Part shown: piece after piece, positions 27,407 through 35,979 of the stretch
Position numbering within the stretch: the first letter of the stretch is position 1
How the letters are laid out: every line of letters begins with the position of its first letter
Source: a virus
Direction: 5' to 3' (one strand)
DNA length: 64,000 bases
Virus record (IMG/VR): IMGVR_UViG_3300021425_000008
Span: 32,001-96,000 of that record
The notes under the pieces: generated by a model
Database searches by the model: none
Seen by the model: only the letters and a program-made list of their open reading frames with translations
What the model was told of the DNA's origin: nothing
Made by a program: the position numbers and the translations under genes

Positions 27407-27997
27407 ATGACTGTTACCACTAAGAAGTTTTTGACTAATCAACTTAAGTTGATCATGTCACTGACTGATGAACAGGTCAATATCTACACTCGCGAGACAA
27501 TGTTCAAGGTTGTGGAAGATCTTTCGGGTGGTATTTGTTGGGCTAGTTCACACAAAATTGATGACACTGGTGCACTTCTGACACCACAAGCATTTCTTAA
27601 ATGGAGTGAACATCCTGAGAAAACTTTGTCTGGTGTGATTGACATGAAGGTCAAAGGTGGACACAGTTTGACTAAAGAACACTTTGGTGGTGTTCGTAGT
27701 GGTTCGAAGTTCATCTTTGCACACCATTATGATAAGTTTGTCGAAGATCGTTCGTATGATCTTATCAACAACTTCTTGACAGATATTGATAAACTGTCTA
27801 AAGTTGTTGTGTCCACTCGTGAAGAGAATGAGGCGTTTGCATTGATTCGTAAACGGTCTCCACAAGACTATAAAGATATTGATATTGATCACCTGATCTA
27901 CGTTGAGAATGTATCAAGGAAGAAGTTTGTTAAATGTGAACACCGTGTCGTAGATTCTGACCTTACTCCATACTTTCCTGAGGTATTGTTGGGGTAA
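27407..27997 (+). CDS. Hypothetical protein
   Basis: 196-aa ORF flanked by motif copies 2 and 3. Confidence 0.75.
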   Translation: MTVTTKKFLTNQLKLIMSLTDEQVNIYTRETMFKVVEDLSGGICWASSHKIDDTGALLTPQAFLKWSEHPEKTLSGVIDMKVKGGHSLTKEHFGGVRSGSKFIFAHHYDKFVEDRSYDLINNFLTDIDKLSKVVVSTREENEAFALIRKRSPQDYKDIDIDHLIYVENVSRKKFVKCEHRVVDSDLTPYFPEVLLG

Positions 27998-28045
27998 TAC
28001 TGTTAGTAACCTCCAAAGATCCACTATATTACAGGCAACACTTAC

Positions 28046-29224
28046 ATGATCAAACTTCGCCCTCATCAACAGGACGCTGTTTACGCACTTCGTAATAATT
28101 CAATCGGACAAGTTATTGTTCCCACTGGAGGAGGCAAGACGTTGATTGCTATTATGGATGCAGTCAAACGTTTTGAAGTAAATGTTCCTCGGACTATTGT
28201 TGTTGTGGGTCCACGTATTCTGTTGATGGAACAGTTATCATCAGAGTATTTGGAACATATTACAAATGCAAACACTCTTCACGTTCACAGTGGAGAGACA
28301 CAGCATTTCAGTACCACTAAACCTGAACGTATCAAACTGTTTGTTGATATGTGTCAGACTATGCGTGAACATGTCATCATCTTCACCACTTATCATTCTC
28401 TCCATCGTATTCAAGAGAGTGGTATTGATGTAGATACGATTTACTTTGACGAGGCACATAATTCTGTTCAACGTAACTTCTACGGTCCCACTGAGTATTT
28501 CAGTAAGAAGGCAGATCGTTGTTTCTACTTCACCGCGACTCGTAAAACCAGTGTGACTGTGAAGAAACCAGGTATGAACTGGGTTGATACTTATGGTCAA
28601 GTGATTGCACGTGTGTCTGCACCTGACTTGGTACAGAATGGTTACATTCTTCCTCCTAAAGTCAAGGTGATTAAGATGGATAAGGTGGACAAAAAGTCTC
28701 TCACTCCTCACATGGAGGGGAACAATGTTCTCGCATCTATTGATGATATCAACATCAAAAAGATCCTTGTTTGTGTCAAGACCACACGACAGTTGCAGAA
28801 TCTGTTCATGACAGATTTTGCAAAACAACTCAGTGACCGTGGTTATTCTTACCTCTACATCACCTCAAAAACGGGTCCGATTGTTGACGGTCAGAAAGTA
28901 TCTCGTGAAGAGTTCTTCCAAACCCTCAACACTTGGGGCAAAGACAAATCTAAAAAGTTTGTCTGTCTCCACAGAAGTATCCTCAGTGAGGGTATTAACG
29001 TGAGTGAACTCGAAGCTGTTATCTTCCTTCGTAACATGGACAGTATTGAGCTTCTTCAAACTGTCGGACGTGTGATTCGTGTGGGTTCGTCTGCTAAAAC
29101 CTACGGTATGCTCTGCGTGCCAGTCTATAACAACGTTGGAGTTTCCACTGAGAAAGCCCTTCAACGTTGTGTAGATATTGTGTTTGAGAAGGGCGAAATC
29201 CTTGACAGTGTAACTCGGCGATGA
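28046..29224 (+). CDS. Superfamily II (DEAH) helicase, ResIII-like
   Basis: LRPHQ, PTGGGKT, FDEAH, TAT, ILSEGIN, QTVGRVIR. Confidence 0.92.
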   Translation: MIKLRPHQQDAVYALRNNSIGQVIVPTGGGKTLIAIMDAVKRFEVNVPRTIVVVGPRILLMEQLSSEYLEHITNANTLHVHSGETQHFSTTKPERIKLFVDMCQTMREHVIIFTTYHSLHRIQESGIDVDTIYFDEAHNSVQRNFYGPTEYFSKKADRCFYFTATRKTSVTVKKPGMNWVDTYGQVIARVSAPDLVQNGYILPPKVKVIKMDKVDKKSLTPHMEGNNVLASIDDINIKKILVCVKTTRQLQNLFMTDFAKQLSDRGYSYLYITSKTGPIVDGQKVSREEFFQTLNTWGKDKSKKFVCLHRSILSEGINVSELEAVIFLRNMDSIELLQTVGRVIRVGSSAKTYGMLCVPVYNNVGVSTEKALQRCVDIVFEKGEILDSVTRR

Positions 29225-29421
29225 ACTTTACTAAAGCACAACTTATTAATGCACTTGTGGCAGAGTGGGAGTATCTCTGCCACGATGATTATGATCCAGA
29301 AGATCAAACACCCGAAGAATATCGTGAAGATTTGATTGAAATGAGTTTGGAGGAGTTAGTAGAAGAAACCAGTACAGGAGAAGGTTACACTTTGGAAGAA
29401 TATATGGAGAATTGGGGATGA
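29221..29421 (+). CDS. Acidic hypothetical protein
   Basis: ATGA overlap; 66 aa. Confidence 0.7.
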   Translation: MNFTKAQLINALVAEWEYLCHDDYDPEDQTPEEYREDLIEMSLEELVEETSTGEGYTLEEYMENWG

Positions 29422-29621
29422 ATTACACAAACTCAGCCATTCTTGATTGTAAACCAGGTCCATTACCTATTGTTGTTGGTGATGGATACCTGGCTGCAAT
29501 TCCTATGGGAGGATCACAAACTCAAATGTGTGTGATACACAATGGTGTCCCTGTCAAAGTATGTCGTAACCACAAATCTGCGATGACTTTGATTAACAAA
29601 CTTAAAAAAAGAAAGAGTTAG
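29418..29621 (+). CDS. Hypothetical protein
   Basis: ATGA overlap; TAG stop supplied by motif copy 4. Confidence 0.65.
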   Translation: MNYTNSAILDCKPGPLPIVVGDGYLAAIPMGGSQTQMCVIHNGVPVKVCRNHKSAMTLINKLKKRKS

Positions 29622-29701
29622 TAACCTCGGAATGTCCCCTATAGTGTAGACACCTCTCAGAGCCACCTTAAAGACCCTAGAGCACCACTTTTCTCCTTAT
29701 C

Positions 29702-29902
29702 ATGAACATCGACACCCAACTTCAAACAATTATCGAAAATCTGGAAGATGGCGTAAAAGTGTCATACGAATCACTGAATGATCCTGATCAGGGTTATCCT
29801 TACGCCACTGGCTATTCACGGTCTACGATGCGTCATTGTATCGAAGATCTTCGATATGTTATCGAACAGTACCGTACTATTACTCTGGAGGAAGGAAAAT
29901 GA
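29702..29902 (+). CDS. Hypothetical protein
   Basis: GYPYATGYSRS motif; 66 aa. Confidence 0.7.
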   Translation: MNIDTQLQTIIENLEDGVKVSYESLNDPDQGYPYATGYSRSTMRHCIEDLRYVIEQYRTITLEEGK

Positions 29903-30147
29903 TTACGGCTCAAACTATTACCGTCAAATACGATTTTGATTGTGATTATATTTGGTCTGATATTTCTGGTCTCATCAATGAGTCTGGTGTCGAGCCTTTG
30001 ACTGTCATTGTTCATAATGATCGGACGATTGACAATGTGGAGATGATATTCTCTAATGTAGATGACGCAGTTCGTGTCACTGAAACTTATCTTGACAGTG
30101 ATGATCCTGCTGACATAATGACGTACGTTGATCCATCTCTTCTATGA
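29899..30147 (+). CDS. Hypothetical protein
   Basis: GGAGGAAGGA SD, ATGA overlap. Confidence 0.65.
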   Translation: MITAQTITVKYDFDCDYIWSDISGLINESGVEPLTVIVHNDRTIDNVEMIFSNVDDAVRVTETYLDSDDPADIMTYVDPSLL

Positions 30148-30689
30148 AAAAGATCATTCTTGCCACACTATCAGCACTCAGTCTGATTCCGTTTAATTCA
30201 GTTCATGCCTCAACATTCAAAGATCATGTTAAACTCTGGAAAGTATTGGACCAGATCGGTGTCACAACCGTCGTCAATAATCCCGTCCATTGTTATGATG
30301 CTAAGCCTCAGCTTGATGGTATTTACTTCCCTTATTCTGGATTACTCGTTGTCTGTCAAGACAATAGAAAACCTGGAGAGGGTCAAGTTGAGTGGACAGA
30401 AAACGATCTAGACACACTCAGACATGAAGCACAACATGTAGTCCAAGATTGTGCTAATGGTCCACTATTTGATGGTAAATCTCGGTCAATGTTCGATCAA
30501 GATGAACTCTTAGCATTCATTGGAGCATCAACATGGACCAAGGAAAAGGTCAACGGTTTGTATAAACGACTCGATGATTTAGGCCTGACTGAGAAAGAGA
30601 TCATCATGGAAATTGAGGCCTATGTAGTTGCATCTGGTATTTCTGCCGATGCTATTGCAGACAAACTACTTGAATTCTGTAAGAATTAA
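30144..30689 (+). CDS. Secreted zincin-like protein, paralogue of 23672
   Basis: Signal peptide; RHEAQHVVQDC...EIEA. Confidence 0.7.
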   Translation: MKKIILATLSALSLIPFNSVHASTFKDHVKLWKVLDQIGVTTVVNNPVHCYDAKPQLDGIYFPYSGLLVVCQDNRKPGEGQVEWTENDLDTLRHEAQHVVQDCANGPLFDGKSRSMFDQDELLAFIGASTWTKEKVNGLYKRLDDLGLTEKEIIMEIEAYVVASGISADAIADKLLEFCKN

Positions 30690-30733
30690 AGTTAGTAACC
30701 ACCAAACGTCACTATTATTGTAAGACACACATT

Positions 30734-30943
30734 ATGAACAATTCTTCTCAAATTCTGCGTGAACTTCAGGAACTCCGTAAATCGTGGAGGGCACAAAACT
30801 TCAACTACACTGTCAATCAACAGTCACGATATGATGAGTTGATGATGCTCCGTCGCGCATTTATTGCTAAGTGGCAAGAAGATGGCCTGGTCTGGAAAGG
30901 CCCATCTAACGTTGGCAAAGCTTCTACCGTGACTGCAGAATGA
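30734..30943 (+). CDS. Hypothetical protein
   Basis: 14 nt after motif copy 5. Confidence 0.7.
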   Translation: MNNSSQILRELQELRKSWRAQNFNYTVNQQSRYDELMMLRRAFIAKWQEDGLVWKGPSNVGKASTVTAE

Positions 30944-31263
30944 TGAAATTTGATTCTTCTAACACCGAAACATTCACTGTTGATGGTACTGAATTCCAGT
31001 TCAATACTGATCGAGTTCAGTACATCGCTGAAGAACAAATTGATCATTATGAAACACGAGTCAAGCAACTTGCCAAGAGTCTGAAGAAGAAAAAGAACAA
31101 AGAACAGCTGTCAAATGATATTGTTGCTCTCTATCAAGAGTGGAATGTGAAAGATAACGATGAGATTCTTTATCTGTTGTTCTCTAAAGACAATGAAGAC
31201 ATCTTCACCGATGTAACTACAGAGAATGATCTTTATGCCAATCCTGAGGAACCAATTGCATGA
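30940..31263 (+). CDS. Hypothetical protein
   Basis: ATGA overlap; 107 aa. Confidence 0.7.
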   Translation: MMKFDSSNTETFTVDGTEFQFNTDRVQYIAEEQIDHYETRVKQLAKSLKKKKNKEQLSNDIVALYQEWNVKDNDEILYLLFSKDNEDIFTDVTTENDLYANPEEPIA

Positions 31264-31340
31264 TTGCACTTTTCAAATACTTCTATTATGTTTTTCTTGG
31301 TTGTATTGTGATGATGATCGTCAAACTATTGGCGAATTAA
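31260..31340 (+). CDS. 26-aa membrane peptide
   Basis: MIALFKYFYYVFLGCIVMMIVKLLAN; ATGA overlap; stop 1 nt before motif copy 6. Confidence 0.5.
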   Translation: MIALFKYFYYVFLGCIVMMIVKLLAN

Positions 31341-31370
31341 AGTTAGTAACCTCCAAATGTCCACTTTAGT

Positions 31371-31727
31371 ATGAACAACACTTCCGCTATGAAAACTCAA
31401 ACTAAAGGTGAGTTTCTCTCTGATTGTCTGATTGAAACTCTCAACGACATGTGGAAAGTTAATTCTCTTGAAAACAGTCGTAATTCATATCAACAACTTG
31501 AATGTGAAGTTGGACGCAAATATGTAAAGATCTGGGATTATCTTGTGAGTGATGGTGAGAGAGTCCGTGGACGTTCTTGCTGGATGTTTGTAGATAAGGA
31601 AACTGGTTCCTGCTATAAACCTGCCTCACACAAAGCACCAGCAGTTGGTATCAGGTATCAGATCGAAGATCTTATCGAATCTCCTATGATTTGCGACCCA
31701 TATGGGTCATTCTTGTACCTGAAATAG
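31371..31727 (+). CDS. Conserved phage hypothetical protein
   Basis: GRKYVKI...FVDKETG..YKPAS.KAPA.GIRY; true start may be ATG 31389. Confidence 0.75.
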   Translation: MNNTSAMKTQTKGEFLSDCLIETLNDMWKVNSLENSRNSYQQLECEVGRKYVKIWDYLVSDGERVRGRSCWMFVDKETGSCYKPASHKAPAVGIRYQIEDLIESPMICDPYGSFLYLK

Positions 31728-31768
31728 GTTGGAATTAAAGTTAGTAACCTCCAAATGTCTCCTATAGT

Positions 31769-32011
31769 ATGAACAACACTCCAATGACTCTCACCGAACG
31801 AAACCAAAAGCTTTACGACTTGCGTCAGAAACTCGACAAAGCTCGTGCAGAAGTTGCATGGATCGAACAAGAGATCTGGCTTGTTAAGGATCAATACGAT
31901 CGTCAAGATCTTGATCTCTTCCAGGAAATGTTTGGCGAGAAAAACACACTGTGGGATCATCTTGATCGCATGAGTGACACTCCCATGGCCGAAGAAGTCT
32001 ACGGAGGTTGA
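31769..32011 (+). CDS. Coiled-coil hypothetical protein
   Basis: After motif copy 7; true start may be 31784. Confidence 0.7.
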   Translation: MNNTPMTLTERNQKLYDLRQKLDKARAEVAWIEQEIWLVKDQYDRQDLDLFQEMFGEKNTLWDHLDRMSDTPMAEEVYGG

Positions 32012-32012
32012 T

Positions 32013-32171
32013 ATGGCTTACCCTCTCGGCATTGATAACCCTATTCTGATCAAAGGTGTGATTGGTTCACACAAATGGGCATTGTATTGGCGTGAAGACA
32101 TGACCAAGATTGCCACATTTAATTCGCAGTTCCAAGCATACGAAGCCCGTCGTTTTCTTCTCTCCAAATAA
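32013..32171 (+). CDS. Hypothetical protein
   Basis: GGAGGT SD; MAYPLGIDNP... Confidence 0.65.
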   Translation: MAYPLGIDNPILIKGVIGSHKWALYWREDMTKIATFNSQFQAYEARRFLLSK

Positions 32172-32329
32172 TGAACCAACTCGAAATGTTGTCTGCCCGT
32201 GAACAACTCATGGAAGACATTGATTGTATCATCACTGATTACTTTGCACAGTTTGATGTCAATTATGACGAAGAACTTGTGAAGATTTTGTGTGATGCCG
32301 TCTGTAACAACTTTCCTACACAAAAATGA
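32171..32329 (+). CDS. Hypothetical protein (52 aa, not in track)
   Basis: TAATG coupling; MNQLEMLSAREQLMEDIDCII...LCDAVCNNFP. Confidence 0.65.
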   Translation: MNQLEMLSAREQLMEDIDCIITDYFAQFDVNYDEELVKILCDAVCNNFPTQK

Positions 32330-32499
32330 AACTATCTAAAGCACAAGTTATTCGTGTGGTCAGAGATACTGCGTTGAATGTTGATAAGAACCTCACACGA
32401 GAAGAGAAACAACAAGTCTTCAATAATGTGGTCGATGGTCTACATCGTGACGGAAGAATCACGAAGAAACAACAAATGGCATGGACACATCCGTTCTGA
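32326..32499 (+). CDS. Hypothetical protein (57 aa, not in track)
   Basis: ATGA coupling; FNNVVDGLHRDGRITKKQ..W.HPF. Confidence 0.65.
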   Translation: MKLSKAQVIRVVRDTALNVDKNLTREEKQQVFNNVVDGLHRDGRITKKQQMAWTHPF

Positions 32500-32552
32500 T
32501 TATTGTTAGTAACCTCGAAATGTCCCCTATAGTGTAGGAACCACTCAACCAC

Positions 32553-32876
32553 ATGCGTAAGATCGAAACCCTGATGAACGAAGCAGTTGCCAACAACAAA
32601 GATTGGCAATCTTCCAACACCAGTGTTACCTACAACGAAGAGAATGATGTCTCTATTGTTCGTCTTCACGGTAACAAGATCGCAGAGATTGGTGATGACT
32701 ACCTTCAGATCTTTGATGGCGGTTGGCAATCCAACACCACCAAATCACGTCTGAATGCACTCATCAACCGTTTCTGCAATGCAGTCACTGATGGTGTATT
32801 TCAGAAGGATTATGTTTGGTACGTTCGTGACAACAACGTGACCAAAGAATTTACTTCTGGTTACATCTTTGCCTAA
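32553..32876 (+). CDS. Conserved phage early protein
   Basis: MRKIE...LHGNKIA...DGGWQSNTTKSRLNAL. Confidence 0.75.
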   Translation: MRKIETLMNEAVANNKDWQSSNTSVTYNEENDVSIVRLHGNKIAEIGDDYLQIFDGGWQSNTTKSRLNALINRFCNAVTDGVFQKDYVWYVRDNNVTKEFTSGYIFA

Positions 32877-32942
32877 GATGACTCACGGAGAGACCAACAC
32901 TCTCTCCCTATAGTTTTCCCTTCATTCTTTACATTCTTTCTA

Positions 32943-33137
32943 ATGAAAACCACCACAAAAAGTACTAATCACAAAGTTGAATTTGATTCGTCCGAATATA
33001 TTCTTTTGATGGATATGCTCTCAGATGTTATTAACAATGATGGTAAATTAGATGATGATTTGATGGATTATATTAACACTGATAGTGATAACAATGCCTT
33101 TAATTCTCTCCATTATAAACTCATGCAAGCGATGTAA
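32943..33137 (+). CDS. Hypothetical protein
   Basis: 64-aa acidic ORF. Confidence 0.6.
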   Translation: MKTTTKSTNHKVEFDSSEYILLMDMLSDVINNDGKLDDDLMDYINTDSDNNAFNSLHYKLMQAM

Positions 33138-33155
33138 TCTTGTTCCCTCTTTTTT

Positions 33156-33398
33156 ATGTCTTTCATCGCACATTACACTGATCCAATGACTCTCACTCCT
33201 CAACAACTTGAAAATCTAAAGAGTGACTATGCCTGGCAAATTGTCGATGGTATGGATCTCAAAACACTTTGCCAGTGGGCAGCAGAACAAATTGAAGCAA
33301 ATATGAAGGATTACGATGAGACTGACCTGCAAGAAGAGATTAGTGATATGATGGGCGAAGATGTATGGGAGGACATGAAGAAAGATGCAATCGGGTGA
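33156..33398 (+). CDS. Hypothetical protein
   Basis: YAWQIVDGMDLKTL; acidic. Confidence 0.7.
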   Translation: MSFIAHYTDPMTLTPQQLENLKSDYAWQIVDGMDLKTLCQWAAEQIEANMKDYDETDLQEEISDMMGEDVWEDMKKDAIG

Positions 33399-33585
33399 TA
33401 TAGTAGAATTCAAGGGAGCATCACGATGGCAAGTGTTATGGGCATCGACTGATTATCCATCACATCTTATCATTGGTAAACGCTATGTTGTGGAGAGTGT
33501 ACACACTTATCCATGGTTCACAAAGATCACATTAGAACACAAGTCTGGTCAGTTCAATTCAGTTCATTTCACAAAAGTATCATGA
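33385..33585 (+). CDS. Hypothetical protein
   Basis: 66 aa, coupled to both neighbours. Confidence 0.65.
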   Translation: MQSGDIVEFKGASRWQVLWASTDYPSHLIIGKRYVVESVHTYPWFTKITLEHKSGQFNSVHFTKVS

Positions 33586-33716
33586 ACAAGTTCACTGTCA
33601 CACTCGAAATTGAGACCTATTCTGATGATCCAGAAGATTGGATTATTGACAGCATCTCCGAGAATCTTGAGGATGATGAACAAATTACGAGCATAAACGT
33701 TCAGTTACAAAGTTAG
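33582..33716 (+). CDS. Acidic hypothetical protein (44 aa)
   Basis: ATGA overlap; TAG stop supplied by motif copy 9. Confidence 0.6.
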   Translation: MNKFTVTLEIETYSDDPEDWIIDSISENLEDDEQITSINVQLQS

Positions 33717-33836
33717 TAACCTCGAAAGGTCCACAGTAGTATAAGAGTCGGACTTCTCTCACCTGATTGCTTCTCCGAATAGGACTTCTCTCAGGTGATT
33801 GTTTCTCTGGCTCACAAGCTTTTCTTTTTTTCCATC

Positions 33837-33980
33837 ATGAAAATCGCACTTCTGATTGTTGTTGGTATTCTGTTCTGGACGAGTGATGATGCACGAAACT
33901 TCACCGCAGATCAACTCAACAATGCAAGTGAAATTGTGCGGCCTGATGTTGAGAAGAAAGTCTTCAGCATTAGTTTCTAA
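33837..33980 (+). CDS. Small membrane-anchored protein
   Basis: MKIALLIVVGILFW... Confidence 0.6.
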   Translation: MKIALLIVVGILFWTSDDARNFTADQLNNASEIVRPDVEKKVFSISF

Positions 33981-34013
33981 TCTTGTTAGTTACCTCCAAA
34001 CGTCCCCTATAGT

Positions 34014-34268
34014 ATGAACATGACTCAAACCACGATGACCAACGAAACTTACAACGGTTGGGCAAATTACGAGACCTGGAATGTGGCTCTCTGGCTTGGC
34101 AATGACGAGGGTATGTATCGAATGGCTCGTATGTATCGCCATCATGGTTATAAGTCTCTGAGCCATATGTTGGAAGAATCTTATGGCTCAGTCACGCCTG
34201 ATGGTGTATATTGGAAACACGCAGATCTTGATATTGACGAACTGAACGAAATGCTGGAGGATCTTTGA
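34014..34268 (+). CDS. Conserved phage hypothetical protein
   Basis: YNGWANYETWNVALW...TPDGV.W; true start may be 34020 or 34035. Confidence 0.75.
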   Translation: MNMTQTTMTNETYNGWANYETWNVALWLGNDEGMYRMARMYRHHGYKSLSHMLEESYGSVTPDGVYWKHADLDIDELNEMLEDL

Positions 34269-34270
34269 TC

Positions 34271-34549
34271 ATGAATGCACCTGAGTTCGCCACATCTAAT
34301 CTGTCAAAGATCCGTCCTAAACTTCGTACTCAAGGCAATGTGACTGGTAACTTTGGAAGACCAAAAGTCAAAGCCGCAAACAATCAACAACTCGGATATA
34401 CCAAGAAAGATCACATTAACATGATCACCTGTAAGGAAGATTATATTGCCAAAATGTATCAGATCCTGGATACTACTGATGATCAAAAGATTCGTAACTT
34501 TGCCTATTCAGAAATCAAGAAGTATTTGATACAAACTGGCCAATGGTAA
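34271..34549 (+). CDS. Hypothetical protein
   Basis: GGAGGA SD upstream; basic N-terminal half. Confidence 0.65.
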   Translation: MNAPEFATSNLSKIRPKLRTQGNVTGNFGRPKVKAANNQQLGYTKKDHINMITCKEDYIAKMYQILDTTDDQKIRNFAYSEIKKYLIQTGQW

Positions 34550-34582
34550 TAAAGTTAGTAACCTCCAAATGTCTTCTATAGT

Positions 34583-34807
34583 ATGAATACAACTCAAGCT
34601 CTCTCAATTCTCTCTGAACAGTTCAACGCTACTTACACAGGTTCTAAAACAGTTCGTGAAATGTGTTCTAATCTGATCGATGCATGTTATTGGGATAAGG
34701 AAGATCCCAACACTGTATATCATCAGTTTAAGACTCAAGATGGTATGCCAAATCGTATTGTTGAAGATAGTCAAATCATCTCTCTTGCTCTTTCCTATTC
34801 CAACTAA
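34583..34807 (+). CDS. Hypothetical protein
   Basis: ATG directly after motif copy 11. Confidence 0.65.
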   Translation: MNTTQALSILSEQFNATYTGSKTVREMCSNLIDACYWDKEDPNTVYHQFKTQDGMPNRIVEDSQIISLALSYSN

Positions 34808-34809
34808 TT

Positions 34810-34968
34810 ATGCTCTTTAATTGTGACATTGCCTGGTATGATAGCAAAGGTAGGAGACACACTACAACGATTGAATCTGATCGAACAGATAGAGACTTTA
34901 TCCGTCAATTAGTCGAAGCTCGTTATCCTACATCTAAGGTCATTATCAACCGAGTCTATCAAAAATGA
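34810..34968 (+). CDS. Hypothetical protein (52 aa, not in track)
   Basis: MLFNCDIAWYDSKGRRH...VEARYP. Confidence 0.55.
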   Translation: MLFNCDIAWYDSKGRRHTTTIESDRTDRDFIRQLVEARYPTSKVIINRVYQK

Positions 34969-35012
34969 ACCGTTAATTTATCCCCTTCGGGTATCCATTC
35001 ATTTCATTCATT

Positions 35013-35180
35013 ATGAATCATCACATTTACCATCTAAGGAACACTGAGCTAGATCAGGATTTAGCTCTTATGTTATCACCTATTATAGCTGCCTATCGTC
35101 CCCATGATGACATCCCCAGTAAGGAACAATTAGGTGATCCCATACAACGAGCTACCTGTAATCCTTTCACTAATGTATAA
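35013..35180 (+). CDS. Hypothetical protein (55 aa, not in track)
   Basis: Open frame after a CU-rich leader. Confidence 0.45.
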   Translation: MNHHIYHLRNTELDQDLALMLSPIIAAYRPHDDIPSKEQLGDPIQRATCNPFTNV

Positions 35181-35185
35181 CGAGT

Positions 35186-35240
35186 GATAGCTAGATTTAA
35201 CCCCTAAAATAAGGTCTAAATACTAGCTATTGCCTTTTTT
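35186..35240 (+). terminator. Long imperfect hairpin followed by T-run
   Basis: GATAGCTAG-ATTTA-ACC...GGT-TAAAT-CTAGCTATT, then GCCTTTTTT. Confidence 0.45.
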
Positions 35241-35369
35241 ATGCCAAATAAATGGCTAATTAAATATAAGCTAATGTTTGCGCTAAGTTACTACAAAGGG
35301 GCTACAGAGTGACTCGCTAGGTACTCATGGGTGCTTAAAATGGCTGATCTTATAGTCATCTAAGATCGT

Positions 35370-35398
35370 ATTCTATCAGACCTTCTGCATAATGTCAA
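35370..35398 (-). promoter_or_regulatory. Antisense sigma70-type promoter
   Basis: Reverse complement reads TTGACA-N17-TAGAAT. Confidence 0.6.
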
Positions 35399-35519
35399 CC
35401 CCCAAATCCTGTCAAATCACTAATCCTTATCTGTCATAAATCTCCGAGTCCTCAGAGACACATAAGAGGGTCTTATTTTCCGCCATTATTGTTAGTAACC
35501 TCGAAAGGTCTTCTACAGT

Positions 35520-35729
35520 ATGAACACAACTCAAATGCATAAGTTCAACATCTACGGTGAGTTTATCCGCCCTAATGGTCATCAACAGTATGACATTCTG
35601 AGCTACATTGCCGAGACAAGAGAAGAGGCAATTGCTACATGTAGGAAGAACAATCCTCACTTCAACATTATCACAATTCAGGTAGATGATACAGCACCTG
35701 AGGTAGTGAGAATGCAACCCCTTATATAA
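35520..35729 (+). CDS. Hypothetical protein
   Basis: After motif copy 12; true start may be 35535. Confidence 0.65.
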   Translation: MNTTQMHKFNIYGEFIRPNGHQQYDILSYIAETREEAIATCRKNNPHFNIITIQVDDTAPEVVRMQPLI

Positions 35730-35799
35730 CACTTACTACATGACCTGATGATGTCATTAAACCCATCACACATACACACACTATTTCACACAAACTCTC

Positions 35800-35940
35800 A
35801 TGTCCCGTTCTGTTCTCATTGGTCTGCTGCGTAAGGGAAAGACTGGTGAAGAAGTCCTTGCTATCTTGGACGCCATTTGTAACAACGAAGAACCACAGAT
35901 TGAGAAGAGCTATGGTACACTCGAACCCCTGACATTCTGA
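35800..35940 (+). CDS. Hypothetical protein (46 aa, not in track)
   Basis: MSRSVLIGLLRKGKTGEEVLAILDAI. Confidence 0.6.
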   Translation: MSRSVLIGLLRKGKTGEEVLAILDAICNNEEPQIEKSYGTLEPLTF

Positions 35941-35979
35941 GGGTATTATTGTTAGTTACCTCGAAATGTCCCCTATAGT

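Larger units (their letters stand above)
26423..35979 (+). repeat. Dispersed 29-bp motif, 13 copies (probable early promoter / cassette boundary)
   Basis: Starts at 26423, 27364, 28002, 29617, 30691, 31342, 31740, 32505, 33712, 33985, 34554, 35491, 35951; consensus GTTAGTAACCTCSAAANGTCYNCTATAGT = GTTAGT-N17-TATAGT. Confidence 0.92.

Noticed and set aside
26423-35979. CRISPR array interpretation of the 29-bp repeats
   Set aside because: Intervals are roughly 240-1600 nt, contain genes and vary widely; repeats are degenerate; no cas genes seen
26423-35979. True integron attC sites
   Set aside because: GTTAGTA does not fit GTTRRRY, there is no long imperfect palindrome, and no integrase is in the window; kept only as an analogy
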